DNA of 37,527 nucleotides from an uncultured Janthinobacterium sp. (GTDB lineage: Bacteria > Vulcanimicrobiota > Vulcanimicrobiia > Vulcanimicrobiales > Vulcanimicrobiaceae), in the NCBI GenBank assembly GCA_964658025.1, contig CAZZXB010000011.1, forward strand, positions 1-37,527, given 5' to 3'. The notes beneath the pieces were generated by a model. It did not search any database and was not told where the DNA came from. It was given only the letters and a program-made list of their open reading frames with translations. Shown here piece after piece: positions 20,288-27,934 of the stretch. Numbering within the stretch: position 1 is the stretch's first letter; the number at the start of each line of letters is the position of its first letter. A program made the translations under genes and the position numbers.

Positions 20288-20316
20288 ATTGTATCATGCG
20301 GGCGACGGAGGCGCAA
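20288..20316 (-). promoter_or_regulatory. Internal sigma70 promoter for rplS, TTGCGC-N17-TACAAT
   Basis: Minus-strand hexamers at 20316-20311 and 20293-20288. The short leader contains a TCCGG-ACG-CCGGA hairpin. Confidence 0.6.
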
Positions 20317-20329
20317 ACCGAAAGCCGGG

Positions 20330-21019
20330 TTAGAATTCGCTTTCGGGGAGGTCCGGGCGCCGGGCGCGGGTCCGCGAGCGCGACTGCTCGCGCCGCCACG
20401 CCGCGATCTTCGCATGATCGCCCGAGAGGAGGACGTCCGGAACGTCGAGGCCGCGAAACGTCGCGGGGCGCGTGTAGGCGGGCGCGTCGAGAACGCCGTT
20501 CGTGAACGACTCGGCGACGAGCGACTCGGGATTGATCGCCCCGGCCGCGAGGCGACACGTGGCGTCGAGGAAGGCCAGGGCCGGGATCTCCCCGCCCGTC
20601 AACACGAAATCGCCGAGCGAGAGTTCCTCGGCGCCGTAGAGCGCCGCGATCCGCTCGTCGACGCCCTCGTAGTGACCGCAGACGAGCACGAGTCGGTCGA
20701 GCGCGGCGAAGCGCGCGGCGTCGGCCTGGCGGAAGGGCCGGCCGGCGGCCGACGTGACGACGATCGCCCGCCGCTCGTCCGACGGGGCGGTCGCGAGGAT
20801 CGCGTCGAGGACGCGCGCGAGCGGCTCGATCCGCAGCACCATCCCCGGGCCGCCGCCGAAGGGGCGGTCGTCGGCGCGCTCGGCGCCGTCGAGCGCGTCG
20901 AGCACGTGGTGGAGCGCGATCTCGACGGCGCCGCGCTCCTGCGCGCGGCCGAGGATCGAGAGACCGATCGCGGGCGCGAAGAGCTCGGGAAAGAGCGTGA
21001 CGACGTCGACTCGTACCAT
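20330..21019 (-). CDS. trmD: tRNA (guanine-N1)-methyltransferase
   Basis: VTLFPE, DDRPFGGGPGMV, CGHYEGVDER, SLGDFVLTGGE and YTRP motifs. Confidence 0.96.
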   Translation of the reverse strand: MVRVDVVTLFPELFAPAIGLSILGRAQERGAVEIALHHVLDALDGAERADDRPFGGGPGMVLRIEPLARVLDAILATAPSDERRAIVVTSAAGRPFRQADAARFAALDRLVLVCGHYEGVDERIAALYGAEELSLGDFVLTGGEIPALAFLDATCRLAAGAINPESLVAESFTNGVLDAPAYTRPATFRGLDVPDVLLSGDHAKIAAWRREQSRSRTRARRPDLPESEF

Positions 21020-21028
21020 CCGCCTACG

Positions 21029-21482
21029 ATGTTCGACGCGATCGCGCGGTTCGCCGGGTTACGCCGCGAGAAGCCCACGGCGTTCGCGCGCGGACTCGCG
21101 GCGCTGGCAGCGGGTCGGCCGGACGACGCCGTGCGGGCGTTCGAGGCGTCGCTCGCCCTCGCGACGACGGCGAGCGAACGCGCGCGTTCGCGCAACAAAC
21201 TCGGCACCGCGTACGTCGCGCGCGGCCTTCGCGACGGCGCTCGTCGACGACGAGCGCCACGCGCCCGCCCTCGCGAACCTCGGCAACCTGTTGCTCGAAG
21301 AGGACGCGACGCTCGACGCGCTCGATTACTTTCGCGCGGCGGCGGCCTGCGATCCGACGTGCGCGGCCGCGGAACGCGGCATCGGTCTCGCGCTCCGCGC
21401 GCTCGGAAAACGCGCCGAGGCCGTCAGGGCGCTGCGAACGGCGGATCGGCTCGAGGCACGGAAACGCCCCGAACGTGCGTGA
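21029..21482 (+). pseudogene. TPR-repeat protein gene with a frameshift near 21228-21240
   Basis: One frame reads MFDAIARF...GRPDDAVRAFEASL...NKLGTAYVARGLRDGA. The +1 frame continues FATALVDDERHAPALANLGNLL...AERGIGLALRALGKRAEAVRAL. Confidence 0.7.
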
Positions 21483-21945
21483 TCTCGTCGAGATATTCGA
21501 ACAACTGCGGGAGCGTGATCTTCTCGAGTTCGGAACGGTCGAACACGCCGTCGGACTCGTCGCCTTCGTCGCGCAAGTAACAGCGCGATTCCACGTCGCC
21601 CGGCGCCTCGCTCAAAAACGAAACGGCGAAGCCCTTGCCCATCGTTTCGTCGTAGATGCGAAGTGCCGACGGATTGAGAATCTCGATGCTGTGCGAGGAG
21701 TTGTGAGCGTCGAAGATGGTAATGGTGAGGTAGTCGCGGTTGACGACTTCGATCGAACCGACGACGAACGTATTCTTCGTGGAGAAGAACTCGTGACCGC
21801 GCTTATTTCGCGAGGAAACCTCATAGAAGACCCGATGGCGGACGAACCGACTCAGGATCTTGCGCAGCGTCGCGATCGACGCGAGCGTTTCGGTGCGGTT
21901 CCCGCGCGTATAGATGATCTTCAAGCGACCGAAGTCCGTCCTCAT
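21424..21945 (-). CDS. Hypothetical protein, 173 aa
   Basis: ORF with globular-protein composition, unlike the Arg/Ala-rich shadow ORFs. No recognisable motif. Overlaps the 3' end of the TPR gene by 59 nt. Confidence 0.65.
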   Translation of the reverse strand: MRTDFGRLKIIYTRGNRTETLASIATLRKILSRFVRHRVFYEVSSRNKRGHEFFSTKNTFVVGSIEVVNRDYLTITIFDAHNSSHSIEILNPSALRIYDETMGKGFAVSFLSEAPGDVESRCYLRDEGDESDGVFDRSELEKITLPQLFEYLDEITHVRGVSVPRADPPFAAP

Positions 21946-22009
21946 CGCAAATTCGTCATCCGCCGTCAGGGCGGGAGCGGTCTGTTATCCGGCGGAGAGA
22001 AGGAGTCCT

Positions 22010-22294
22010 TTGCTCTCGCCCGCTGACATGCTGATCCTCGGCGCCGCGGCGCTGCTGTTTTTCGGCCCCGACCAACTCCCGAAGGTCGCGCGTCAGGCCG
22101 GTCGCGTCGTGCGCGACGTTCAGTCGACGTCGCAGTCGTTCATCCGCGAGATGGAACGCGCGGCGGACGATCACGACGAACGCGAGCTCGCGCGCGCCGA
22201 TCGTATGCGCGAGGCCGCCGCGCGCGAGGCCCGACCCGAAGATGCGACGGACGCCGCGCACGCCCGCGAGCCCAACGTCTCGCCCGAGCCGTAA
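22010..22294 (+). CDS. tatB: Twin-arginine translocase TatA/TatB family subunit
   Basis: TTG start after AAGGAG. TM helix, then FGPDQLP, an amphipathic helix and a charged tail. Confidence 0.75.
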   Translation: MLSPADMLILGAAALLFFGPDQLPKVARQAGRVVRDVQSTSQSFIREMERAADDHDERELARADRMREAAAREARPEDATDAAHAREPNVSPEP

Positions 22295-22341
22295 CCGCGA
22301 CCATTCGCGTCCGATCCGCGCGCGTGCGGGCGACGCGAGAA

Positions 22342-22364
22342 AGCCCCGCATCGGCTGCGGGGCT
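22342..22364 (-). terminator. Intrinsic terminator between convergent units
   Basis: AGCCCCGCA-N5-TGCGGGGCT hairpin; on the minus strand the stem ends in a short T-rich tract (TTTCTC). Confidence 0.65.
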
Positions 22365-22397
22365 CGTCGCGAAGATCGCCGCGCGCGGGCGCGGAGG

Positions 22398-22688
22398 TCA
22401 CACGTTGAAGCGCGTGCGCAGTTCGTTGACGCGCGACTCGACGAGCGTGCGCACCTGACCGTTGAGGCGCTCTTTCTGTTCGTCGGGAAGGCGCGTGTAG
22501 ACGATGTAGCCGATCGCGGACGCGAATCCGCCGAGCACGCCCGCGAGCACGGCTTTTCCGGCCTCGCCCGAACCCGCGCTCGCGTCGTCGCCCGCCGGAT
22601 GGCTCGCGCCGGAAACGTGCGCCGACGCGTCAGAGCCGGACGCGGTCCGCGTGCGATCGTCGGAGATCGGTTTGAAGATGTCGCTCAT
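22398..22688 (-). CDS. Small hypothetical membrane-anchored protein, 96 aa
   Basis: ATG 22688 after AAGGA. One TM segment (AVLAGVLGGFASAIGYIVY) followed by a helical tail. Confidence 0.65.
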   Translation of the reverse strand: MSDIFKPISDDRTRTASGSDASAHVSGASHPAGDDASAGSGEAGKAVLAGVLGGFASAIGYIVYTRLPDEQKERLNGQVRTLVESRVNELRTRFNV

Positions 22689-22738
22689 GCTCGAATCCTT
22701 CGCTAGCGGGTCGTCGAAAAACCCCCGCGCACCGCGAT

Positions 22739-23071
22739 TTAGGCGTCGTCGCGTTCGTAGACGACGCGAACGTTGTCGGGGTATTGCGCGGCGATCCGTT
22801 CGACCGAAAGGGCGGCGGTCTGCACGATCGCGCACACCGTTTCGTTCCCGCGGTCGCCCGGCCGCCACGCGAGCGTGAGGCGACCCGCCTCGCGCGACGT
22901 GTCGATCTCGATCTTCGCGACCTCGCTCAACCCGAGCCACGCGACTTGGAGCACGGTCGACACGGCGGCGCACACGACGTCCGAGCCGCTGTCGGCCCAA
23001 CCCGCGTGGCCGGTGGCAAAAAACGAAGACAGCCGCTCGCGGCTGTCTTTGCGGATACGAACCTCGACCAT
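22739..23071 (-). CDS. prp: Ribosomal-processing cysteine protease Prp (YsxB/DUF464)
   Basis: GHA...GSDVVCAAVS (His/Cys dyad) and QYPDNV, immediately downstream of rplU. Confidence 0.9.
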   Translation of the reverse strand: MVEVRIRKDSRERLSSFFATGHAGWADSGSDVVCAAVSTVLQVAWLGLSEVAKIEIDTSREAGRLTLAWRPGDRGNETVCAIVQTAALSVERIAAQYPDNVRVVYERDDA

Positions 23072-23077
23072 GGCGCC

Positions 23078-23398
23078 CTACGCGGGCAATTCGATCTTGT
23101 CGATCCGGACTTCCGCGAACCGTTGGCGGTGTCCGACGAGTTTGCGGACGCGCTTCTTCGGCTTGTACTTGAAGACGAGGATCTTCTTGTCTTTCGACTG
23201 ACGCAGGACCGTCCCGCGGACCGTCGCGCCCGCGACGAGCGGGTAGCCGACGGTCACTTCGGACGAGCCGGAACCGGCCAGTACGACCCGATCGAACGCG
23301 ATCTCGGCACCGACTTCGACGTCGACGGAATCGCAGCGAATCGTGTCGCCTTCACTCACGCGGTACTGCTTCCCGTCCGCCTCGATGATCGCGTACAT
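23078..23398 (-). CDS. rplU: 50S ribosomal protein L21
   Basis: MYAIIEADGKQYRV and FKYKPKKR...GHRQ motifs. Confidence 0.97.
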   Translation of the reverse strand: MYAIIEADGKQYRVSEGDTIRCDSVDVEVGAEIAFDRVVLAGSGSSEVTVGYPLVAGATVRGTVLRQSKDKKILVFKYKPKKRVRKLVGHRQRFAEVRIDKIELPA

Positions 23399-23407
23399 AA
23401 CCGAGGT

Positions 23408-23437
23408 AGTGTATCCTACGCGGCCCGGGCCTGTCAA
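23408..23437 (-). promoter_or_regulatory. Sigma70 promoter TTGACA-N18-TACACT, 9 nt from the rplU ATG
   Basis: Minus strand reads TTGACA GGCCCGGGCCGCGTAGGA TACACT ACCTCGGTT ATG. No Shine-Dalgarno. Confidence 0.7.
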
Positions 23438-23512
23438 TTTCGCATCGGACCGTCCCACGGGGCGTCGATGCGACGGTGGCCGAGCCCCGCACCGGTCGGG
23501 GGTCGATCGGTC

Positions 23513-24346
23513 CTAGGCGGCGACGTCCGCGCAGACCGGTCCGTCGTCGAGCTTGAGCGTGAGGCACTTCGCGGATCCGCCCGCCTTGTGGAATTCGGAG
23601 AGGTCGGTCGCGAAGATCCGGTAGCCGATCGCGTTGAGGCGTTCGCGGAGCTCCGGCGACGCGTCGTGCATCACGAGCGCGTTGTCGATCTCGACCGCGT
23701 TGCAGGCGAAGGCCGTCGCGTCGCGGAGCGAGACCTCGATGAGATATTCGGGTTCGACGGCCCGTCGCAACATCGTTTGCGCCTGGGGCGAGAACGCGTC
23801 CATGTAGACGAGGACGTGTCCGGTCGCGAGCGGACACAGGCAGGTGTCGAGGTGATAGAAGCGGTCGTCGACGAGGAGGAGCGGGAGCGTCCGGACGCCG
23901 AGCGTCTCCTCGATCTGCGTCGACGCGGCCCGTTCGCTCCGCCACCCGAATCCGGAGTAGAGCAACGGTCGGCGGCGATCGAAGAGCGCGTCGCCGGCAC
24001 CCTCGAAGAACGTCGAGGGGAGGAACGACGTCGCGAGCCCCGCCTTGGCGAGCGCGGCGCGATAGGTCGCCTGTTCGCGTCGGCGCTCGGGGTGGCGGAA
24101 CGAGCTCACGATCGCGAGCCCGTTGCTCACGAGCGCGGCGTTCGCGGTAAACACGAGATCGGGGACGTCGGGTTGGGGCGGGACGAGTTGGATGTCGACG
24201 TCGCCCGCGCAGGCGAGCGTTTCGACGAGGCGATCCCATTGGCGAACCGCATCGGGCATGGCCCGACCGATGTTCTGCGTCATCCACGGATTGATGTCGT
24301 ACGAGACGCCGAAGTACTCGGGCGGGCACATCAACAACTTCGTCAT
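23513..24346 (-). CDS. Amidinotransferase/DDAH (pentein) family hydrolase, resembling the ArgZ/AgrE N-terminal arginine dihydrolase domain
   Basis: LMCPPEYF.V.Y.INPWM, PDLVFTANA, FEGAGD, FYHLDTC, FACNAV and EFHKAGGSAKCLTL motifs. Confidence 0.85.
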   Translation of the reverse strand: MTKLLMCPPEYFGVSYDINPWMTQNIGRAMPDAVRQWDRLVETLACAGDVDIQLVPPQPDVPDLVFTANAALVSNGLAIVSSFRHPERRREQATYRAALAKAGLATSFLPSTFFEGAGDALFDRRRPLLYSGFGWRSERAASTQIEETLGVRTLPLLLVDDRFYHLDTCLCPLATGHVLVYMDAFSPQAQTMLRRAVEPEYLIEVSLRDATAFACNAVEIDNALVMHDASPELRERLNAIGYRIFATDLSEFHKAGGSAKCLTLKLDDGPVCADVAA

Positions 24347-24415
24347 GTTACGAAAGTATCGGCATCCGCCTTACAAAGCACATCGGCCGAACGTGACGCC
24401 CCCTCATGGGACGAT

Positions 24416-24727
24416 TCACCCCTCGATAAAGATGGCTCCGTCGCGAACGGCGACGGGGAACGTGCGGATCGGAACGATCGCCGGTAGCGTGAGCGCGGCT
24501 CCGGTCGTCACGTCGAAGTACGCGCCGTGTCGGGGGCATTCGATCCGGCATCCGTCGAGTTCGCCTTGGTCGAGTTCGCCGCCGTCGTGCGAGCACACGT
24601 CCTCGACCGCGTAGATGGTCCCCTCGACGTTGCACAGGAGGATCGCGTCGCCGTCGCGCTCGACGCGGAGCGTCGTGCCGGGGGCGATGTCGTCGTGTCG
24701 CGCGAGCGGATGATCCGATGAAGCCAT
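24416..24727 (-). CDS. Rieske [2Fe-2S] ferredoxin
   Basis: CSH...CPRHGAYFDVTTG. Confidence 0.92.
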   Translation of the reverse strand: MASSDHPLARHDDIAPGTTLRVERDGDAILLCNVEGTIYAVEDVCSHDGGELDQGELDGCRIECPRHGAYFDVTTGAALTLPAIVPIRTFPVAVRDGAIFIEG

Positions 24728-24831
24728 CCCGCGAGATTCGCGATCCGTCGCGCGTCGACCGTCACGCGTGCGACCGGGGCGCGCCGCCGCGAATCGATCG
24801 CGCGGCCCGCGTCGCTCGCTCCCGGGCGGCG

Positions 24832-25404
24832 TTACGGCAACAGCGAATCGACCGCGATCGGATCGTTCGGGAAGGCGAACGGGGCCGGCGCTTCGCCGCG
24901 TGCGTACGAGCGCTCGTACCCGTACGCGTCGCCCGCCGGATCGCGGAACGCGACCACGCACGACGTCGCGAGATGCACGATCCACACTTCGGCGATGCCG
25001 GTGCGGGCGTACGCACGGAGTTTGCGTCCGCGGTCGTAGCGCCACGACGAATTCGCGACCTCGACGACGAGCAACACGTCGCTCGGTTGCGGGATTTCGG
25101 CGCGATAGCGATCCGCACGCGGCGCCAACAGCACGACGTCGGGCTCGGGTTCGGAGTACGCGTCGAGCGCGACCGGGTTCTGCACGTCGACGATGGCGCG
25201 GCCGGCAAACCTCGTCACGAAGATCTCGCAGAGTTCGCGAACGGAGAACGCGTGATCGGGACCGATCGGCGGCATCGCGATCAGTTCGCCTTCGAGCAAC
25301 TCGACGCGCTCTTCCGGTCCGATGATGCCGAGTTCGCCCATGCGGTGATACTCGCGAGCGGAGATGGGGCGGATCGCGTATTCGGCTTGCATATCACTCG
25401 TCAC
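24832..25404 (-). CDS. Uma2 family endonuclease (DUF820)
   Basis: YHRMGE.GI...ERVELLEGELI.M.P, EPEPDV, LVVEVA.SS..YDR..K..YA..GI.E.WIV. Start is GTG 25404 after GAGGTG, or ATG 25392. Confidence 0.9.
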   Translation of the reverse strand: MTSDMQAEYAIRPISAREYHRMGELGIIGPEERVELLEGELIAMPPIGPDHAFSVRELCEIFVTRFAGRAIVDVQNPVALDAYSEPEPDVVLLAPRADRYRAEIPQPSDVLLVVEVANSSWRYDRGRKLRAYARTGIAEVWIVHLATSCVVAFRDPAGDAYGYERSYARGEAPAPFAFPNDPIAVDSLLP

Positions 25405-25532
25405 AGGCTGGCACCTCGAGGTTGAAGATTCGTTACCGCGCGGTTTCGAACCCGCGGTCGCGTCGGCGCGTCGCCCGCGCCCGCGGCGACGCAACGTGCG
25501 GCATGTCCGCGTCCGCTGCCGGCGAACGTGCT

Positions 25533-25588
25533 CGGCCCGCTTGGCGTTAGCGTGCGCGGCCCACTTGGCGCTAGCGTGGGCGGCCCAC
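25533..25588. repeat. Intergenic 24-bp tandem repeat, about 2.3 copies
   Basis: CGGCCCGCTTGGCGTTAGCGTGCG / CGGCCCACTTGGCGCTAGCGTGGG / CGGCCCAC. Confidence 0.75.
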
Positions 25589-25638
25589 AACGCGCTCCGG
25601 ATGAGAGAATGCGCTCGCCGACCTACGCGTTGCCGACG

Positions 25639-25667
25639 AAAAGAGCGCTGCCGTGGCAACGCTCTTT
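25639..25667 (-). terminator. Intrinsic terminator downstream of sufB
   Basis: Minus strand reads AAAGAGCGTTGCC-AC-GGCAGCGCTCTTTT. Confidence 0.7.
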
Positions 25668-25764
25668 CCATAGTCGGTCCGACGCAAAATTAGCCGGTCG
25701 ACGCGCTCGTTTCAATTTCGACCGAGCGCCCGACGGCGACGGGCGCGGTGAGGGAGCGGCGGCG

Positions 25765-27189
25765 TTAGCCGACCGCGCCTTCCATCTCCATCTTGACGAG
25801 ACGATTGAGTTCGACGGCGTACTCCATCGGGAGTTCCTTGACGAAGAAGTCGAAGAAGCCGTTGACGATCATCGCCGTCGCGTCGGCTTCGCTCAAGCCG
25901 CGCGACATCGCGTAGAACAGTTGCTCTTCGCCGATCTTCGAGACGCTCGCCTCGTGTTCGACCGTGCAATGCTGCTCGTCGATCTTCATCGTCGGTTTCG
26001 TGTCGCTCGCGGACTTCTCGTCCATGATGAGCGCGTCGCACTTCACGCGCGTCTTCGCGCCGACGGCGCCCGGGAAGATCTCGACGAGCCCGCGATACGT
26101 CGTCTTGCCGCCGTGCGCGGAGACCGACTTATTCGTGACGACCGACGTCGTGCGCGGTGCGGCGTGGATGATCTTCGCGCCCGCGTCCTGATGCTGCGTC
26201 TCGCCCGCGAACGCCATCGAGAGGATCTCGCCGCGCGCGCCCTCGCCCATGAGGTAGATCGCGGGATACTTCATCGTGAGCCGCGAGCCGATGTTGCCGT
26301 CGACCCATTCCACCGTCGCGTCCTTGTACGCGACCGCGCGCTTCGTGACGAGATTGAAGATATTGCGGAACCAATTCTGGATCGTCGTGTACCGGATCGA
26401 CGCGCCTTCCATGGCGATGAGCTCGACGACCGCGCTGTGGAGCGAGGCCGTGGAGAACTGCGGCGCCGTGCACCCCTCGATGTAATGGACCTTCGCGCCC
26501 TTGTCGGCGATGATGAGCGTGCGCTCGAACTGGCCCATGTTCTCGGTGTTGATGCGGAAGTAGGCTTGGAGCGGCGACTTCACCTCGACGCCCGGCGGCA
26601 CGTAGACGAACGAGCCGCCCGACCACACCGACGAATTGAGCGCGGCGAATTTGTTGTCGCCCGGCGGGATGATCGTCGCGAAATACTTCTTGACGAGATC
26701 GGGGTGCTCGCGCAGCGCCGTATCCATGTCGCAGAAGATCACGCCGTCTTTGGCGAGGTCCTCGCGCACCGAGTGGTACACGACTTCCGATTCGTACTGC
26801 GCCGAGACGCCGGAGAGAAACTTCCGTTCCGCTTCGGGGATGCCGAGCCGATCGAACGTCTTCTTGATGTCGTCGGGAACGTCGTCCCACGAGCGTTCGG
26901 TCTTCTCCGACGACTTCACGTAGTAGTGGATGTCGTCGAAGTCGATCTCGGCGAGACGTTCCATGTCGCCCCATTCGGGCATCGGCTTCTCGCGGAAGAG
27001 TTCGTACGCTTTCAACCGGAACGCGAGCATCCACGCGGGCTCGCCCTTCATGGTCGAGATCCGCTCGACCATCTCGCGCGTCAGACCCTTTTCGGACTTG
27101 AAGACGTACTTGTCTTCGGAGTCGTGAAACCCGTGACGATAATCCTCGTCGAATTCGGATGGTTTGGGGGCTTGCAGGTCCGTTGCCAT
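25765..27189 (-). CDS. sufB: Fe-S cluster assembly protein SufB
   Basis: [51 protein letters not shown] and EHEASVSKI motifs. Confidence 0.96.
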   Translation of the reverse strand: MATDLQAPKPSEFDEDYRHGFHDSEDKYVFKSEKGLTREMVERISTMKGEPAWMLAFRLKAYELFREKPMPEWGDMERLAEIDFDDIHYYVKSSEKTERSWDDVPDDIKKTFDRLGIPEAERKFLSGVSAQYESEVVYHSVREDLAKDGVIFCDMDTALREHPDLVKKYFATIIPPGDNKFAALNSSVWSGGSFVYVPPGVEVKSPLQAYFRINTENMGQFERTLIIADKGAKVHYIEGCTAPQFSTASLHSAVVELIAMEGASIRYTTIQNWFRNIFNLVTKRAVAYKDATVEWVDGNIGSRLTMKYPAIYLMGEGARGEILSMAFAGETQHQDAGAKIIHAAPRTTSVVTNKSVSAHGGKTTYRGLVEIFPGAVGAKTRVKCDALIMDEKSASDTKPTMKIDEQHCTVEHEASVSKIGEEQLFYAMSRGLSEADATAMIVNGFFDFFVKELPMEYAVELNRLVKMEMEGAVG

Positions 27190-27198
27190 ATCGAGGTA

Positions 27199-27228
27199 AC
27201 ACTACTCTCCGCTGCGCATGAAAGTCAA
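27199..27228 (-). promoter_or_regulatory. Sigma70 promoter TTGACT-N18-TAGTGT, 9 nt from the sufB ATG
   Basis: Minus strand reads TTGACT TTCATGCGCAGCGGAGAG TAGTGT TACCTCGAT ATG. Confidence 0.6.
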
Positions 27229-27264
27229 GATAACGCAGTGGAAACTTCGTAATCTAGGGGCACC

Positions 27265-27873
27265 GTGGCGAATCGTCTCGATCCGCAGACCGGCGAAAGC
27301 AAAAAGGGCGATCAACTCAAGCGTTTCGATCTGATCCTTCTGATCGGGATCGCCTTCGTCGCGTTCGCCGTCGTCTTCCAGGTGTTCTTGCGATTCACGT
27401 ACGTCCACGGAACGGGCGCGACGACCGTGGTGCGCGTCGACCGCCTGACCGGCGACACGTGTACGATGCCGTGCGAGGACGCCGCGGGCGGGATGTACGC
27501 GACGCAGTACGAGCCCTACGTCGCCGCCTCGACGCCTCGGCCCGATAAGCTCTGCCACGAGGCCAACGTCGTCCGCGTCTCCCGGCGGATCGTGCCGCCC
27601 GTCATGCGGACGCCGACGCCCTACGCGCTCGGCGGCTTCCGCACGAGCGTCTATCCGCACCATTTCGTGCCGGGCCGCGCGATCGACGACTCGGTCGAAC
27701 TGACCGACGGACACGTCTACGCCTTCGCGCCCGAGGTGTTCGCGAGCGACGTGATCGCGTGGTCGACGGGTCAGGAAGTCGAGGTCTGCGCGACGTGGTC
27801 GAAGCTCGAGAACCGGCCGTTCTACTCCGTCGGCTCGTCCGACCAGGCGGGTCCCGCGGTCCTCGCGTTGTGA
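27265..27873 (+). CDS. Hypothetical single-TM membrane protein
   Basis: 202 aa. N-terminal TM segment and an extracytoplasmic-looking domain with four Cys. Confidence 0.7.
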   Translation: MANRLDPQTGESKKGDQLKRFDLILLIGIAFVAFAVVFQVFLRFTYVHGTGATTVVRVDRLTGDTCTMPCEDAAGGMYATQYEPYVAASTPRPDKLCHEANVVRVSRRIVPPVMRTPTPYALGGFRTSVYPHHFVPGRAIDDSVELTDGHVYAFAPEVFASDVIAWSTGQEVEVCATWSKLENRPFYSVGSSDQAGPAVLAL

Positions 27874-27900
27874 CCCCCGTCCCCCCGGCGCGAGAAACGC

Positions 27901-27929
27901 TTTACAAGGGGGGGTGCTACGCGTATCAT
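27901..27929 (+). promoter_or_regulatory. Sigma70 promoter TTTACA-N17-TATCAT for the speD unit
   Basis: TTTACA at 27901-27906 and TATCAT at 27924-27929. Confidence 0.75.
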
Positions 27930-27934
27930 GGGTC

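Noticed and set aside
21227..21240. Programmed +1 frameshift in the TPR gene
   Set aside because: There is no slippery-stop context or upstream SD, and a frameshift alone would not restore the missing TPR residues.
22660..22688. MSDIF start resembling fungal MSDIN RiPP precursors, given the prolyl oligopeptidase in the window
   Set aside because: Only four residues match, the protein has a TM helix, and it lies 20 kb from the peptidase. Coincidence.
25533..25588. Possible CRISPR array
   Set aside because: The repeats are directly abutting with no spacers, and there are no cas genes.
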